From assembly GCA_964016885.1 (NCBI GenBank), contig OZ024762.1, forward strand, positions 4,030,001-4,094,000: a stretch of 64,000 bases of DNA, given 5' to 3'. Below the pieces are notes generated by a model. It did no database searches and was not told where the DNA came from. It saw only the letters and a program-made list of their open reading frames with translations. This document shows positions 38,411-49,800 of this stretch, one piece after another (the stretch's first letter is position 1; each line of letters begins with the position of its first letter). The translations under genes and the position numbers were made by a program. Source of the DNA: Eledone cirrhosa (lineage: Eukaryota).

Positions 38411-39339
38411 TTATTAATAATGGTATATCGTGCAATGGCCATACTCGATAACGAGGGGGCAGCCATCATGTTTGTATGTATGTATGTATGTATGTATGTA
38501 TGTATGTATGTATGCATGCATGCATGCATGTATGTATGTATGTATGTATGCATCTATGCATGTATGTATGCATGTATGTGTGCATCTATGCATGTATGTA
38601 TGCATGTATGTGTGCATCTATGCATGTATGCATGCGTCTATGTATGTATATATACACATGTATATATATATATATATATATGTGCGTGTATATATAATTA
38701 AGTCTACATCCATGTAAGTAAGCATGTGTGAGGTTGTACGTGTATATTTACAACTTTCAAACTAATTAAATGACTTAATCAGTTAATTAATACATAAATT
38801 GCTAATTTAGGAAAATGCTGACTAGGAAAGTAATAGAGTCACAAAGTTGGAATTGTTATATAAATCATGTGTGTGTGTGAGAGAGACAGTGTGTGTGTGT
38901 GAGTGTATGTGTGACTGAGTGTGTTTGTGAGAGTGTGTGAGTGAGTGTATGAGTGAGTGTGTGTATGAGTGTGAGTATATGTGTGTGTGTGAGTATATGT
39001 GTGTGTGTGTGTATATGTGTGTGTGTGAGAGAGTGTGTACTTGTGTATTTGTGTGGTGTGTGTATGCATGTGAGAGAGAGTGTGTGTGTGTGAGTGTATA
39101 TGTGAGTGTGAGTATATGTGTGCGTGTCAGTGTATGTGTGAGTGAGAGAGTGTGTGTGTGAGAGAGTGTGTGTATTTGTGTGAGAGAGAGAAAGAGTGTG
39201 TGTGTGAGTGTGTGTGTGTATGAGTATATATGTGTGGGTGTGAGTGTTTGTGTGTATGTGAATAAGGAGAGAGAGAGAGAGAAAGAGAGAAGAAGGAGGA
39301 AATATTTCTAGCTATCCATATTTAGCTATCATAAAGATA

Positions 39340-39890
39340 TCATCATCATCATAATCGTTTTACGTCCGTTCTTCCACGCTAGCATGGGTTAGACAGGTTG
39401 TCCTGTTGTGGGCAGTGTCCGGTCAGCTGACCTTGTCTTGCTCATACAGGAACTGATTCTGGCTTCATTTCTACAGCTGGCTGCCCTTCCTAACACCAAC
39501 CTCACTTCTACAACTGGCTGCCCTTCCTAACACCAACCTCACTTCTACAGCTGGCTGCCCTTCCTAACACCAACCTCACTTCTACAGCTGGCTGCCCTTC
39601 CTAACACCAACCTCACTTCTACAGCTGGCTGCCCTTCCTAACACCAACCTCACTTCTACAACTGGCTGCCCTTCCTAACACCAACCTCACTTCTACAGCT
39701 GGCTGCCCTTCCTAACACCAACCTCACTTCTACAGCTGGCTGCCCTTCCTAACACCAACCTCACTTCTACAACTGAGTAAACTGGAGCGATGTGAAATAA
39801 AGTGAAACAACGCATCACCCGGTCCGAGAATTGAACTCACAACCTTTTGATTGCAAGCCCAATGCTCTAACCACTAAGACATGCACCTTT
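39340..39890 (-). mobile_element. tRNA-headed SINE with RTE-like (GAT)n tail, containing a 37-bp x ~8 internal array
   Basis: Tail CATCATCAT..CGTTTTACGTCCG; array TTCTACAGCTGGCTGCCCTTCCTAACACCAACCTCAC at 39468-39775; unexpanded relative at 41734-42075. Confidence 0.82.
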
Positions 39891-40454
39891 ATATCTATGT
39901 ATATATATATCTGGTGTGTGTGTGTTTATATGTCAGATCAGTACTGGGGCAGTCCTCTCTCCTCCCCCAGCTGGTACCCCCAGTACCGGAGCAGTCCTCT
40001 CTATCACCCCCAGCTGTCACATCCTGGATGTTAAAGTAACCCCCCCCCCCAGTACCGGAGCAGTCCTCTCTATCACCCCCAGCTGTCACATCCTGGATGT
40101 TAAAGTACCCCCGCCCCCCCCCAGTACTGGAGCAGTCCTCTCTCTCACCCCAGCTCTATATGTATATGTCAGATCAGTACTGGTGTAGTCCTTTCTTTTA
40201 CCCCTTGATGTTCTCCTGGATCAAGGAAGGGAGGCTTTGAGAGGATGTCTGTTTATGACTGCATCATCACCTAAAACTCTTAGCAAAAGCATGGTACACA
40301 CTATCAAACAGGGTCTCATTAGGCCCTTTTAAGGGTCTAAGCACTTAAAATATTATGGTGCCCCACTATGTACAAAATCAGCAAAGAACAAAAAAATGTT
40401 TTGGAATGACAAATATATTTAATTTAAATAAAATAGTGTCCTTTTTTCCTTGTC

Positions 40455-41017
40455 TCATGGCTTAGATTTGGATTTGCAATCATGAGGTTGTGAGTTCGAT
40501 TCCTGGATCAGACGATGCATTATGTCCTTGTACAAGACACTTTATATTTCATGTTGCTCTTTCTGCCAGGAGTTAGACTGGTAGATAGTATCAGCAATGG
40601 AGACCCTACCAATGGAGTCCCTACCAATGAGGACACTCCCACACAGTGACGCAAAAGCATGAAACGTTGTACCCCAGTCAGCTTTGTCACATGAAATATA
40701 AGAGACATGGCTTTATATTGATGCCAGTCTCGAATAACTCACACAGCCAGCGAGACAGGAATAGTCCTAGGGTTGCTGATGTCCTGGTCAAGCTGGGTTT
40801 TGGCCCCGTTACATGTATGTATATACCAGAGTTATGACCGGTATGTAGATTGTATCAGCAATGAAAGACCAATGGAAATATTGTTTCCTTGGTCTGATTT
40901 GACAAGTTTCATCCTACAGGGTCAATGGACCAGACACTGCCCACAACAGGACAACCCGTCTAACCCATGCTAGCGTGGAAGAACGGACGTAAAACGGTGA
41001 TGATGATGATGATGATG
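40455..41017 (+). mobile_element. Composite tRNA-headed SINE with RTE-like (GAT)n tail
   Basis: Head GAGGTTGTGAGTTCGATTCC; tail CCCATGCTAGCGTGGAAGAACGGACGTAAAACG(GAT)n, inverted relative to 39355-39425. Confidence 0.6.
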
Positions 41018-41214
41018 GTAAGTTAACGAGGGTTGGGATCTTGTTGATTAATTCAATTGACTCAATCATTATGATTGATCTCCAGTTGGTGCTCTTAGCA
41101 GGTGCTTAATGGCTCCCCACCTTTCCATAGCTACTAAGTCATATTCGATTGATGGCTGTAGCTATGTGTGTACGTGGTTATGATTGACAACAGAGGCAGA
41201 AAGTCAGAGGTTTT

Positions 41215-41243
41215 GGGTTAGGGTTAGGGTTAGGGTTAGGGTT
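41215..41243 (+). repeat. Short interstitial (TTAGGG)n
   Basis: (GGGTTA)4GGGTT. Confidence 0.8.
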
Positions 41244-41459
41244 TTGTTGATTCCATTGACCCCTTCCCCCAGTACCAAAGGAAAGTGAAGTGAAGTAGAG
41301 TGGAGTGAAATCTATCCTGGTGGGAATTGAAACCTAACCACTTCACATGGAAATGTACGCCTATACTAAAACACTCTACTGGCGAAATGTTTATGTTTGT
41401 ATGCAGAGTGTATATAATTATGTAACTAAGTATATATGCATATATATATACCCCCCCCC

Positions 41460-41500
<41 letters not shown>

Positions 41501-41733
41501 TATATACACATATGCAGGATACCCGTAGCTAAAAAAGGCCAAGGAAAACAATGCTCAATCTAATGCAAGAGAGATTATTTAGTTTATATTAGATTTCATA
41601 CACTTAACATGTATGAGTGATCTTAGGTGTCGGGGTCCAGTTATTTCTAGTATGCTAGCTTATTGTAAGCTGCTATATTACTGGTTTACTACAATACAGA
41701 CAAAGCTGGGTTTTTAAACCCTATATATATATA

Positions 41734-42075
41734 TCATCATCATCATCATCATTTTACGTCCGCTTTTCCCTGCTTGTAAGGGTGGGACGGGAACTGGTTC
41801 TGGCTTGATTTCTACAGCAGCATGCCCTTCCTAACACCAACCTCATTTACAGTGAGTGCTGGGTGCTTTTTTTCCGTGGCACCTCCACGACCACTTTGCA
41901 GTGGAATGATAGGGACCCCAGTCCCTATCATCTCATTTCTACAGCTGAGTAAACTGGAGCAATGTGAAATAAAGTGTCTTGCTCAAGGAAACAACACATC
42001 ACCCGGTCTGAGAATTGAACTCACAACCTTTCGATTGCAAGCCCAACGCCCTAACCACTAAGCCAAGTGCCTCCA
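41734..42075 (-). mobile_element. tRNA-headed SINE with RTE-like tail
   Basis: rc head TGGAGGCACTTGGCTTAGTGGTTAGGGCG...GAGTTCAATTCTC; (GAT)n tail. Confidence 0.82.
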
Positions 42076-42108
42076 TATATATATGGCAACATGACCCTCC
42101 CAAAGTAT

Positions 42109-42164
<56 letters not shown>

Positions 42165-42303
42165 CCTGATCACAATATATGTTGACCCCCACACCCCCAC
42201 CTATTTTATATGTGAGAAATAGGCAAAAATCCAAACTCCGTTTATAAGCTGAGGCAGCTAATCAACACATGGTTAGTAGGTGTGGTTTTGAAATTTTCAT
42301 GAG

Positions 42304-42446
42304 TATAAAAAAATATATTTCTATAAAAAATATATTTCTATAAAAAATATATTTCTATAAAAAATATATTTCTATAAAAAAATATATTTCTATAAAAAAT
42401 ATATTTCTATAAAAAATATATATTTCTATAAAAAAATATATTTCTA
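42304..42446. repeat. ~18-bp AT-rich minisatellite ATAAAAAAATATATTTCT x ~8
   Basis: Directly visible, at the 5' truncation point of the R4 fragment. Confidence 0.85.
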
Positions 42447-42449
42447 TCC

Positions 42450-42750
42450 GAGAGATAGAAATAACCCGAATGTGGAGGTTGAAGACAGAAACAATACCTA
42501 TAATTATAGGTGCTCTGGGAGTGATAAAAAAGCATGGACAAAGATACATCACCAAAACTCCAGGACTCACAAATATATACAGCATACAAAGAATAGCACT
42601 ACCGGGCATTGCACACATGATAGGAAGAGTACTCTCAATGCAGTGGAGCAAACACCACCAAAAACGACACGGCCCATACCCAACACGCACAGAACTACCC
42701 TTGGTAATGAAGTGATAACATGCAAAATAATAATAATAATAATAATAATA
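42450..42750 (+). mobile_element. R4/Dong-clade LINE 3' end (RLE domain) with (TAA)n tail
   Basis: EIEITRMWRLKTETIPIIIGALGVIKK...IQRIALPGIAHMIGRVL, followed by (TAA)n. Confidence 0.85.
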
Positions 42751-42871
42751 ATTGTTTCTACTTTTGGCACAAGGCCAGCAATTAATCAGTACATTACTGG
42801 TACTTTATTTTATCGACCCCGTAAGGATGAAAGGCAAAGTTAACCTCGGCGGGATTTGAACTCAGAATGGA
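42749..42871 (-). mobile_element. SINE family A, tail-to-tail with the R4 (TAA)n tail
   Basis: Family match; followed by a short fold-back of its own sequence at 42871-42896. Confidence 0.85.
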
Positions 42872-43171
42872 AATTCCGCTGAGGTTAACTTTGCCTATAT
42901 ATATAATATACACACTATATAGACACTATTTAACCCATTAGCATTTAAACTGGCCACATCCGGCCAGAACTCTCTCACCTGTCTCTGTTCAAGTTGGCCG
43001 TAACTGGCCGCTCGTACAGACGTTGTGGTATTTTTCTCGAAAAAGATAACATAAAAATCTCATAGATTTGATATTATGTGAGATAATTATGTAAGATAAA
43101 GTGTTTACCACAAAAATACAATAGTATATATAGAGTAATGTAAATGCTGAAAGGTTAACCAGCCCTGGAAA

Positions 43172-43465
43172 CATTTCGAGATAGTACCTAGTGCTCCTAT
43201 GATGATAGGGATGATCTTGATCTCATCACAGTCCCAAATCCTTTTTAATTCCTACTTTAAATCCTGGTACCAGTTAATTTTCTCCTTTTCCTTTTCTAAC
43301 ATTCTTGTGTGATAGGGGCAAGCTACATTTATAATCAAGCAAGATCTTTTTTCTTTGTCATAAACCATCAAGTCAGGCCTATTGTGATCTAATTCTTTGT
43401 TCGTTTGTATCTTGAAATCCCGTAGCACCTTCATCCAATCGGTTTCTATTACCGACTCTGGCTCA
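43172..43465 (-). mobile_element. R4/Dong-clade RLE-domain fragment
   Basis: KVLRDFKIQTNKELDHNRPDLMVYDKEKRSCLIINVACP...EKEKINWYQDLK...IIPIIIGALGTISK, a PD-(D/E)xK-type RLE. Confidence 0.85.
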
Positions 43466-43670
43466 ATGGACGTTAAACGACGGCGACGATTTGTTCAGTT
43501 TACATAAATGCCAGTGAATCACCTTTCCTATTAAATCATGCTTCCATCTTTTATAGTGAGTCTGGCCTTAGGTATTTACTCTCTGATACAATGTGAAGCA
43601 CAGTTTCCCCTCTCTCTCTCCACAGATCCTACAGAGCAGGCTAGCCTCCTCCTACATTATTATTATTATT

Positions 43671-43793
43671 ATTCTGAGTTCAAATCCCGCCGAGGTCAAC
43701 TTTGCCTTTCATCCTTACGGGGTCGATAAAATAAAGTACCAGTAATGTACTGGTTAATTGCAGGCCTTGTGCCAAAAGTAGAAACAATTATTA
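43671..43793 (+). mobile_element. SINE family A, 5'-truncated
   Basis: Family match; flanked by (TTA)n. Confidence 0.82.
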
Positions 43794-43829
43794 TAAAAGA
43801 ATATTATAGACATGTTATAATGGTGGTGA

Positions 43830-46800
43830 ATAGTGAGCTGAACTCCCAGAAAACACTGAATTGAAGCTATAAATTCCCTGGCTGTACCTGTTGTCCAGTA
43901 TAGTCTTATGTAATCAATTGGAATTTGAATGAACACCAACATATGGACATAAAAACTAGGAAACTGTTGACATTAAACAGGATGTAACAACAAAAAGCAG
44001 ACGTCCATAGGCCTTATCTTCCACGAAAAGAGGGCAGTAGTGGTCTAATCCAACTTGAAACATCCTATAAAAAGACATGATATGACTCCAAATGTACATC
44101 CAAAGTAACACCGAGTGGACAATACAGTTGGTAGGACAACAGGAATAGGGTAGGAAACTCCACCGAAAGCAGACATATTAATACAGACAAGAGCTTAACC
44201 TCCCTGATCAGGATGTTGATAATGAGGACATGCTACCCACTAAGGCAGCAAAAAGATGTAAAACAAAAGCCAAACAGGAAAGTTTGAAGGAAATGTCAAG
44301 ACTGTGGCAAGATAAACCATTGCAATAACACAAACAAGCTGGGGAAGCTGATGTAGATATGAAAAGGACCCATCAGTAATTGTATAGCACTGGTTTGAAA
44401 ACTGAAACACAAGGATTTATCCGAGCAGCACAAGATCAGAGTCTCCTCATGTAATCTATCAAGCTAATGTCTTGCAAAATGAGGCAGACACAAAGTGCAG
44501 ACTCTGTGATGACATGCTTGAGAACATTGACCACACTGTTGCCAATTGCTCAGTCCTTGCTCCTAGAGAATATAAAAACAGGCGTGATTGAGTTGGCCAA
44601 TACTTGCACTGGAGAATATGCCGGACCACTAAAAACTGATATGAACACCATCCACAGCCAGTCAACGAGGGAGAGAATGTTACTATCCTATGGGATTATG
44701 GGATACATACAGACAGGAAAATAAATGTTAACAGATCAGACAATGTTATCAAAGACCCAAGACAAAAAACATCCCTGTTAATTGAAATGGCAGTGACTAC
44801 TGACAGAACATCTCAGTGAAAGAATTTGAGGAACTATCTAAATACAAGGACCTTGAGATTAAGATAGATTAAAAATCACAATTATCCCCGTTGTTGTGGG
44901 TGCCCTAGGAATGATTAAGTGTTGTTGTGGGAGCCCTAGGAATGATCAAGTGTTGTTGTGGGAGCCCTAGGAATGATCAAGTGTTGTTGTGGGTGCCCTA
45001 GGAATGATCAAGTGTTGTTGTGGGAGCTCTAGGAATGATCAAGTGTTGTTGTGGGTGCCCTAGGAATGATCAAGTGTTGTTGTGGGTGCCCTAGGAATGA
45101 TCAAGTGTTGTTGTGGGAGCCCTAGGAATGATCAAGTGTTGTTGTGGGTGCCCTAGGAATGATCAAGTGTTGTTGTGGGAGCTCTAGGAATGATCAAGTG
45201 TTGTTGTGGGTGCCCTAGGAATGATCAAGTGTTGTTGTGGGTGCCCTAGGAATGATCAAGTGTTGTTGTGGGAGCCCTAGGAATGATCAAGTGTTGTTGT
45301 GGGTGCCCTAGGAATGATCAAGTGTTGTTGTGGGAGCTCTAGGAATGATCAAGTGTTGTTGTGGGAGCTCTAGGAATGATCAAGTGTTGTTGTGGGAGCT
45401 CTAGGAATGATCAAGTGTTGTTGTGGGAGCTCTAGGAATGATCAAGTGTTGTTGTGGGTGCCCTAGGAATGATCAAGTGTTGTTGTGGGAGCTCTAGGAA
45501 TGATCAAGTGTTGTTGTGGGAGCTCTAGGAATGATCAAGTGTTGTTGTGGGAGCTCTAGGAATGATCAAGTGTTGTTGTGGGAGCTCTAGGAATGATCAA
45601 GTGTTGTTGTGGGAGCTCTAGGAATGATCAAGTGTTGTTGTGGGAGCTCTAGGAATGATCAAGTGTTGTTGTGGGTGCCCTAGGAATGATCAAGTGTTGT
45701 TGTGGGAGCTCTAGGAATGATCAAGTGTTGTTGTGGGAGCTCTAGGAATGATCAAGTGTTGTTGTGGGAGCTCTAGGAATGATCAAGTGTTGTTGTGGGT
45801 GCCCTAGGAATGATCAAGTGTTGTTGTGGGAGCTCTAGGAATGATCAAGTGTTGTTGTGGGAGCTCTAGGAATGATCAAGTGTTGTTGTGGGAGCTCTAG
45901 GAATGATCAAGTGTTGTTGTGGGAGCTCTAGGAATGATCAAGTGTTGTTGTGGGAGCTCTAGGAATGATCAAGTGTTGTTGTGGGAGCTCTAGGAATGAT
46001 CAAGTGTTGTTGTGGGTGCCCTAGGAATGATCAAGTGTTGTTGTGGGAGCTCTAGGAATGATCAAGTGTTGTTGTGGGAGCTCTAGGAATGATCAAGTGT
46101 TGTTGTGGGAGCTCTAGGAATGATCAAGTGTTGTTGTGGGTGCCCTAGGAATGATCAAGTGTTGTTGTGGGTGCCCTAGGAATGATCAAGTGTTGTTGTG
46201 GGTGCCCTAGGAATGATCAAGTGTTGTTGTGGGAGCTCTAGGAATGATCAAGTGTTGTTGTGGGTGCCCTAGGAATGATCAAGTGTTGTTGTGGGTGCCC
46301 TAGGAATGATCAAGTGTTGTTGTGGGAGCTCTAGGAATGATCAAGTGTTGTTGTGGGTGCCCTAGGAATGATCAAGTGTTGTTGTGGGAGCTCTAGGAAT
46401 GATCAAGTGTTGTTGTGGGTGCCCTAGGAATGATCAAGTGTTGTTGTGGGTGCCCTAGGAATGATCAAGTGTTGTTGTGGGTGCCCTAGGAATGATCAAG
46501 TGTTGTTGTGGGAGCCCTAGGAATGATCAAGTGTTGTTGTGGGAGCCCTAGGAATGATTAAGTGTTGTTGTGGGAGCTCTAGGAATGATCAAGTGTTGTT
46601 GTGGGAGCTCTAGGAATGATCAAGTGTTGTTGTGGGTGCCCTAGGAATGATCAAGTGTTGTTGTGGGAGCCCTAGGAATGATTAAGTGTTGTTGTGGGAG
46701 CTCTAGGAATGATCAAGTGTTGTTGTGGGTGCCCTAGGAATGATCAAGTGTTGTTGTGGGAGCCCTAGGAATGATCAAGTGTTGTTGTGGGAGCCCTAGG

Positions 46801-49800
46801 AATGATTAAGTGTTGTTGTGGGAGCTCTAGGAATGATCAAGTGTTGTTGTGGGAGCTCTAGGAATGATCAAGTGTTGTTGTGGGTGCCCTAGGAATGATC
46901 AAGTGTTGTTGTGGGAGCCCTAGGAATGATTAAGTGTTGTTGTGGGAGCTCTAGGAATGATCAAGTGTTGTTGTGGGAGCTCTAGGAATGATCAAGTGTT
47001 GTTGTGGGAGCCCTAGGAATGATTAAGTGTTGTTGTGGGAGCTCTAGGAATGATCAAGTGTTGTTGTGGGAGCTCTAGGAATGATTAAGTGTTGTTGTGG
47101 GAGCTCTAGGAATGATCAAGTGTTGTTGTGGGAGCTCTAGGAATGATCAAGTGTTGTTGTGGGAGCTCTAGGAATGATCAAGTGTTGTTGTGGGAGCCCT
47201 AGGAATGATCAAGTGTTGTTGTGGGAGCTCTAGGAATGATCAAGTGTTGTTGTGGGTGCCCTAGGAATGATCAAGTGTTGTTGTGGGAGCTCTAGGAATG
47301 ATCAAGTGTTGTTGTGGGAGCCCTAGGAATGATTAAGTGTTGTTGTGGGAGCTCTAGGAATGATCAAGTGTTGTTGTGGGAGCTCTAGGAATGATCAAGT
47401 GTTGTTGTGGGAGCCCTAGGAATGATTAAGTGTTGTTGTGGGAGCTCTAGGAATGATCAAGTGTTGTTGTGGGAGCTCTAGGAATGATTAAGTGTTGTTG
47501 TGGGAGCTCTAGGAATGATCAAGTGTTGTTGTGGGTGCCCTAGGAATGATCAAGTGTTGTTGTGGGAGCTCTAGGAATGATCAAGTGTTGTTGTGGGAGC
47601 TCTAGGAATGATTAAGTGTTGTTGTGGGAGCTCTAGGAATGATCAAGTGTTGTTGTGGGAGCTCTAGGAATGATCAAGTGTTGTTGTGGGAGCTCTAGGA
47701 ATGATCAAGTGTTGTTGTGGGAGCTCTAGGAATGATCAAGTGTTGTTGTGGGAGCTCTAGGAATGATCAAGTGTTGTTGTGGGTGCCCTAGGAATGATCA
47801 AGTGTTGTTGTGGGAGCTCTAGGAATGATCAAGTGTTGTTGTGGGTGCCCTAGGAATGATCAAGTGTTGTTGTGGGAGCTCTAGGAATGATCAAGTGTTG
47901 TTGTGGGAGCCCTAGGAATAATTAAGTGTTGTTGTGGGTGCCCTAGGAATGATCAAGTGTTGTTGTGGGAGCTCTAGGAATGATCAAGTGTTGTTGTGGG
48001 AGCTCTAGGAATGATCAAGTGTTGTTGTGGGAGCCCTAGGAATAATTAAGTGTTGTTGTGGGTGCCCTAGGAATGATCAAGTGTTGTTGTGGGTGCCCTA
48101 GGAATGATCAAGTGTTGTTGTGGGAGCTCTAGGAATGATCAAGTGTTGTTGTGGGTGCCCTAGGAATGATCAAGTGTTGTTGTGGGTGCCCTAGGAATGA
48201 TCAAGTGTTGTTGTGGGAGCTCTAGGAATGATCAAGTGTTGTTGTGGGTGCCCTAGGAATGATCAAGTGTTGTTGTGGGTGCCCTAGGAATGATCAAGTG
48301 TTGTTGTGGGAGCTCTAGGAATGATCAAGTGTTGTTGTGGGTGCCCTAGGAATGATCAAGTGTTGTTGTGGGTGCCCTAGGAATGATCAAGTGTTGTTGT
48401 GGGAGCTCTAGGAATGATCAAGTGTTGTTGTGGGAGCCCTAGGAATAATTAAGTGTTGTTGTGGGTGCCCTAGGAATGATCAAGTGTTGTTGTGGGTGCC
48501 CTAGGAATGATCAAGTGTTGTTGTGGGTGCCCTAGGAATGATCAAGTGTTGTTGTGGGAGCTCTAGGAATGATCAAGTGTTGTTGTGGGTGCCCTAGGAA
48601 TAATTAAGTGTTGTTGTGGGTGCCCTAGGAATGATCAAGTGTTGTTGTGGGTGCCCTAGGAATAATTAAGTGTTGTTGTGGGTGCCCTAGGAATGATCAA
48701 GTGTTGTTGTGGGTGCCCTAGGAATAATTAAGTGTTGTTGTGGGAGCCCTAGGAATGATCAAGTGTTGTTGTGGGTGCCCTAGGAATGATCAAGTGTTGT
48801 TGTGGGTGCCCTAGGAATGATCAAGTGTTGTTGTGGGTGCCCTAGGAATAAATAAGTGTTGTTGTGGGTGCCCTAGGAATGATCAAGTGTTGTTGTGGGT
48901 GCCCTAGGAATAATTAAGTGTTGTTGTGGGTGCCCTAGGAATGATCAAGTGTTGTTGTGGGTGCCCTAGGAATAATTAAGTGTTGTTGTGGGTGCCCTAG
49001 GAATGATCAAGTGTTGTTGTGGGAGCCCTAGGAATAATTAAGTGTTGTTGTGGGTGCCCTAGGAATGATCAAGTGTTGTTGTGGGAGCCCTAGGAATGAT
49101 CAAGTGTTGTTGTGGGTGCCCTAGGAATGATCAAGTGTTGTTGTGGGTGCCCTAGGAATAATTAAGTGTTGTTGTGGGTGCCCTAGGAATGATCAAGTGT
49201 TGTTGTGGGTGCCCTAGGAATAATTAAGTGTTGTTGTGGGTGCCCTAGGAATGATCAAGTGTTGTTGTGGGTGCCCTAGGAATAATTAAGTGTTGTTGTG
49301 GGTGCCCTAGGAATGATCAAGTGTTGTTGTGGGAGCCCTAGGAATAATTAAGTGTTGTTGTGGGTGCCCTAGGAATGATCAAGTGTTGTTGTGGGTGCCC
49401 TAGGAATGATCAAGTGTTGTTGTGGGTGCCCTAGGAATAATTAAGTGTTGTTGTGGGTGCCCTAGGAATGATCAAGTGTTGTTGTGGGTGCCCTAGGAAT
49501 AATTAAGTGTTGTTGTGGGTGCCCTAGGAATGATCAAGTGTTGTTGTGGGAGCCCTAGGAATAATTAAGTGTTGTTGTGGGTGCCCTAGGAATGATCAAG
49601 TGTTGTTGTGGGTGCCCTAGGAATAATTAAGTGTTGTTGTGGGTGCCCTAGGAATGATCAAGTGTTGTTGTGGGAGCCCTAGGAATAATTAAGTGTTGTT
49701 GTGGGTGCCCTAGGAATGATCAAGTGTTGTTGTGGGTGCTCTAGGAATAATTAAGTGTTGTTGTGGGTGCCCTAGGAATGATCAAGTGTTGTTGTGGGTG

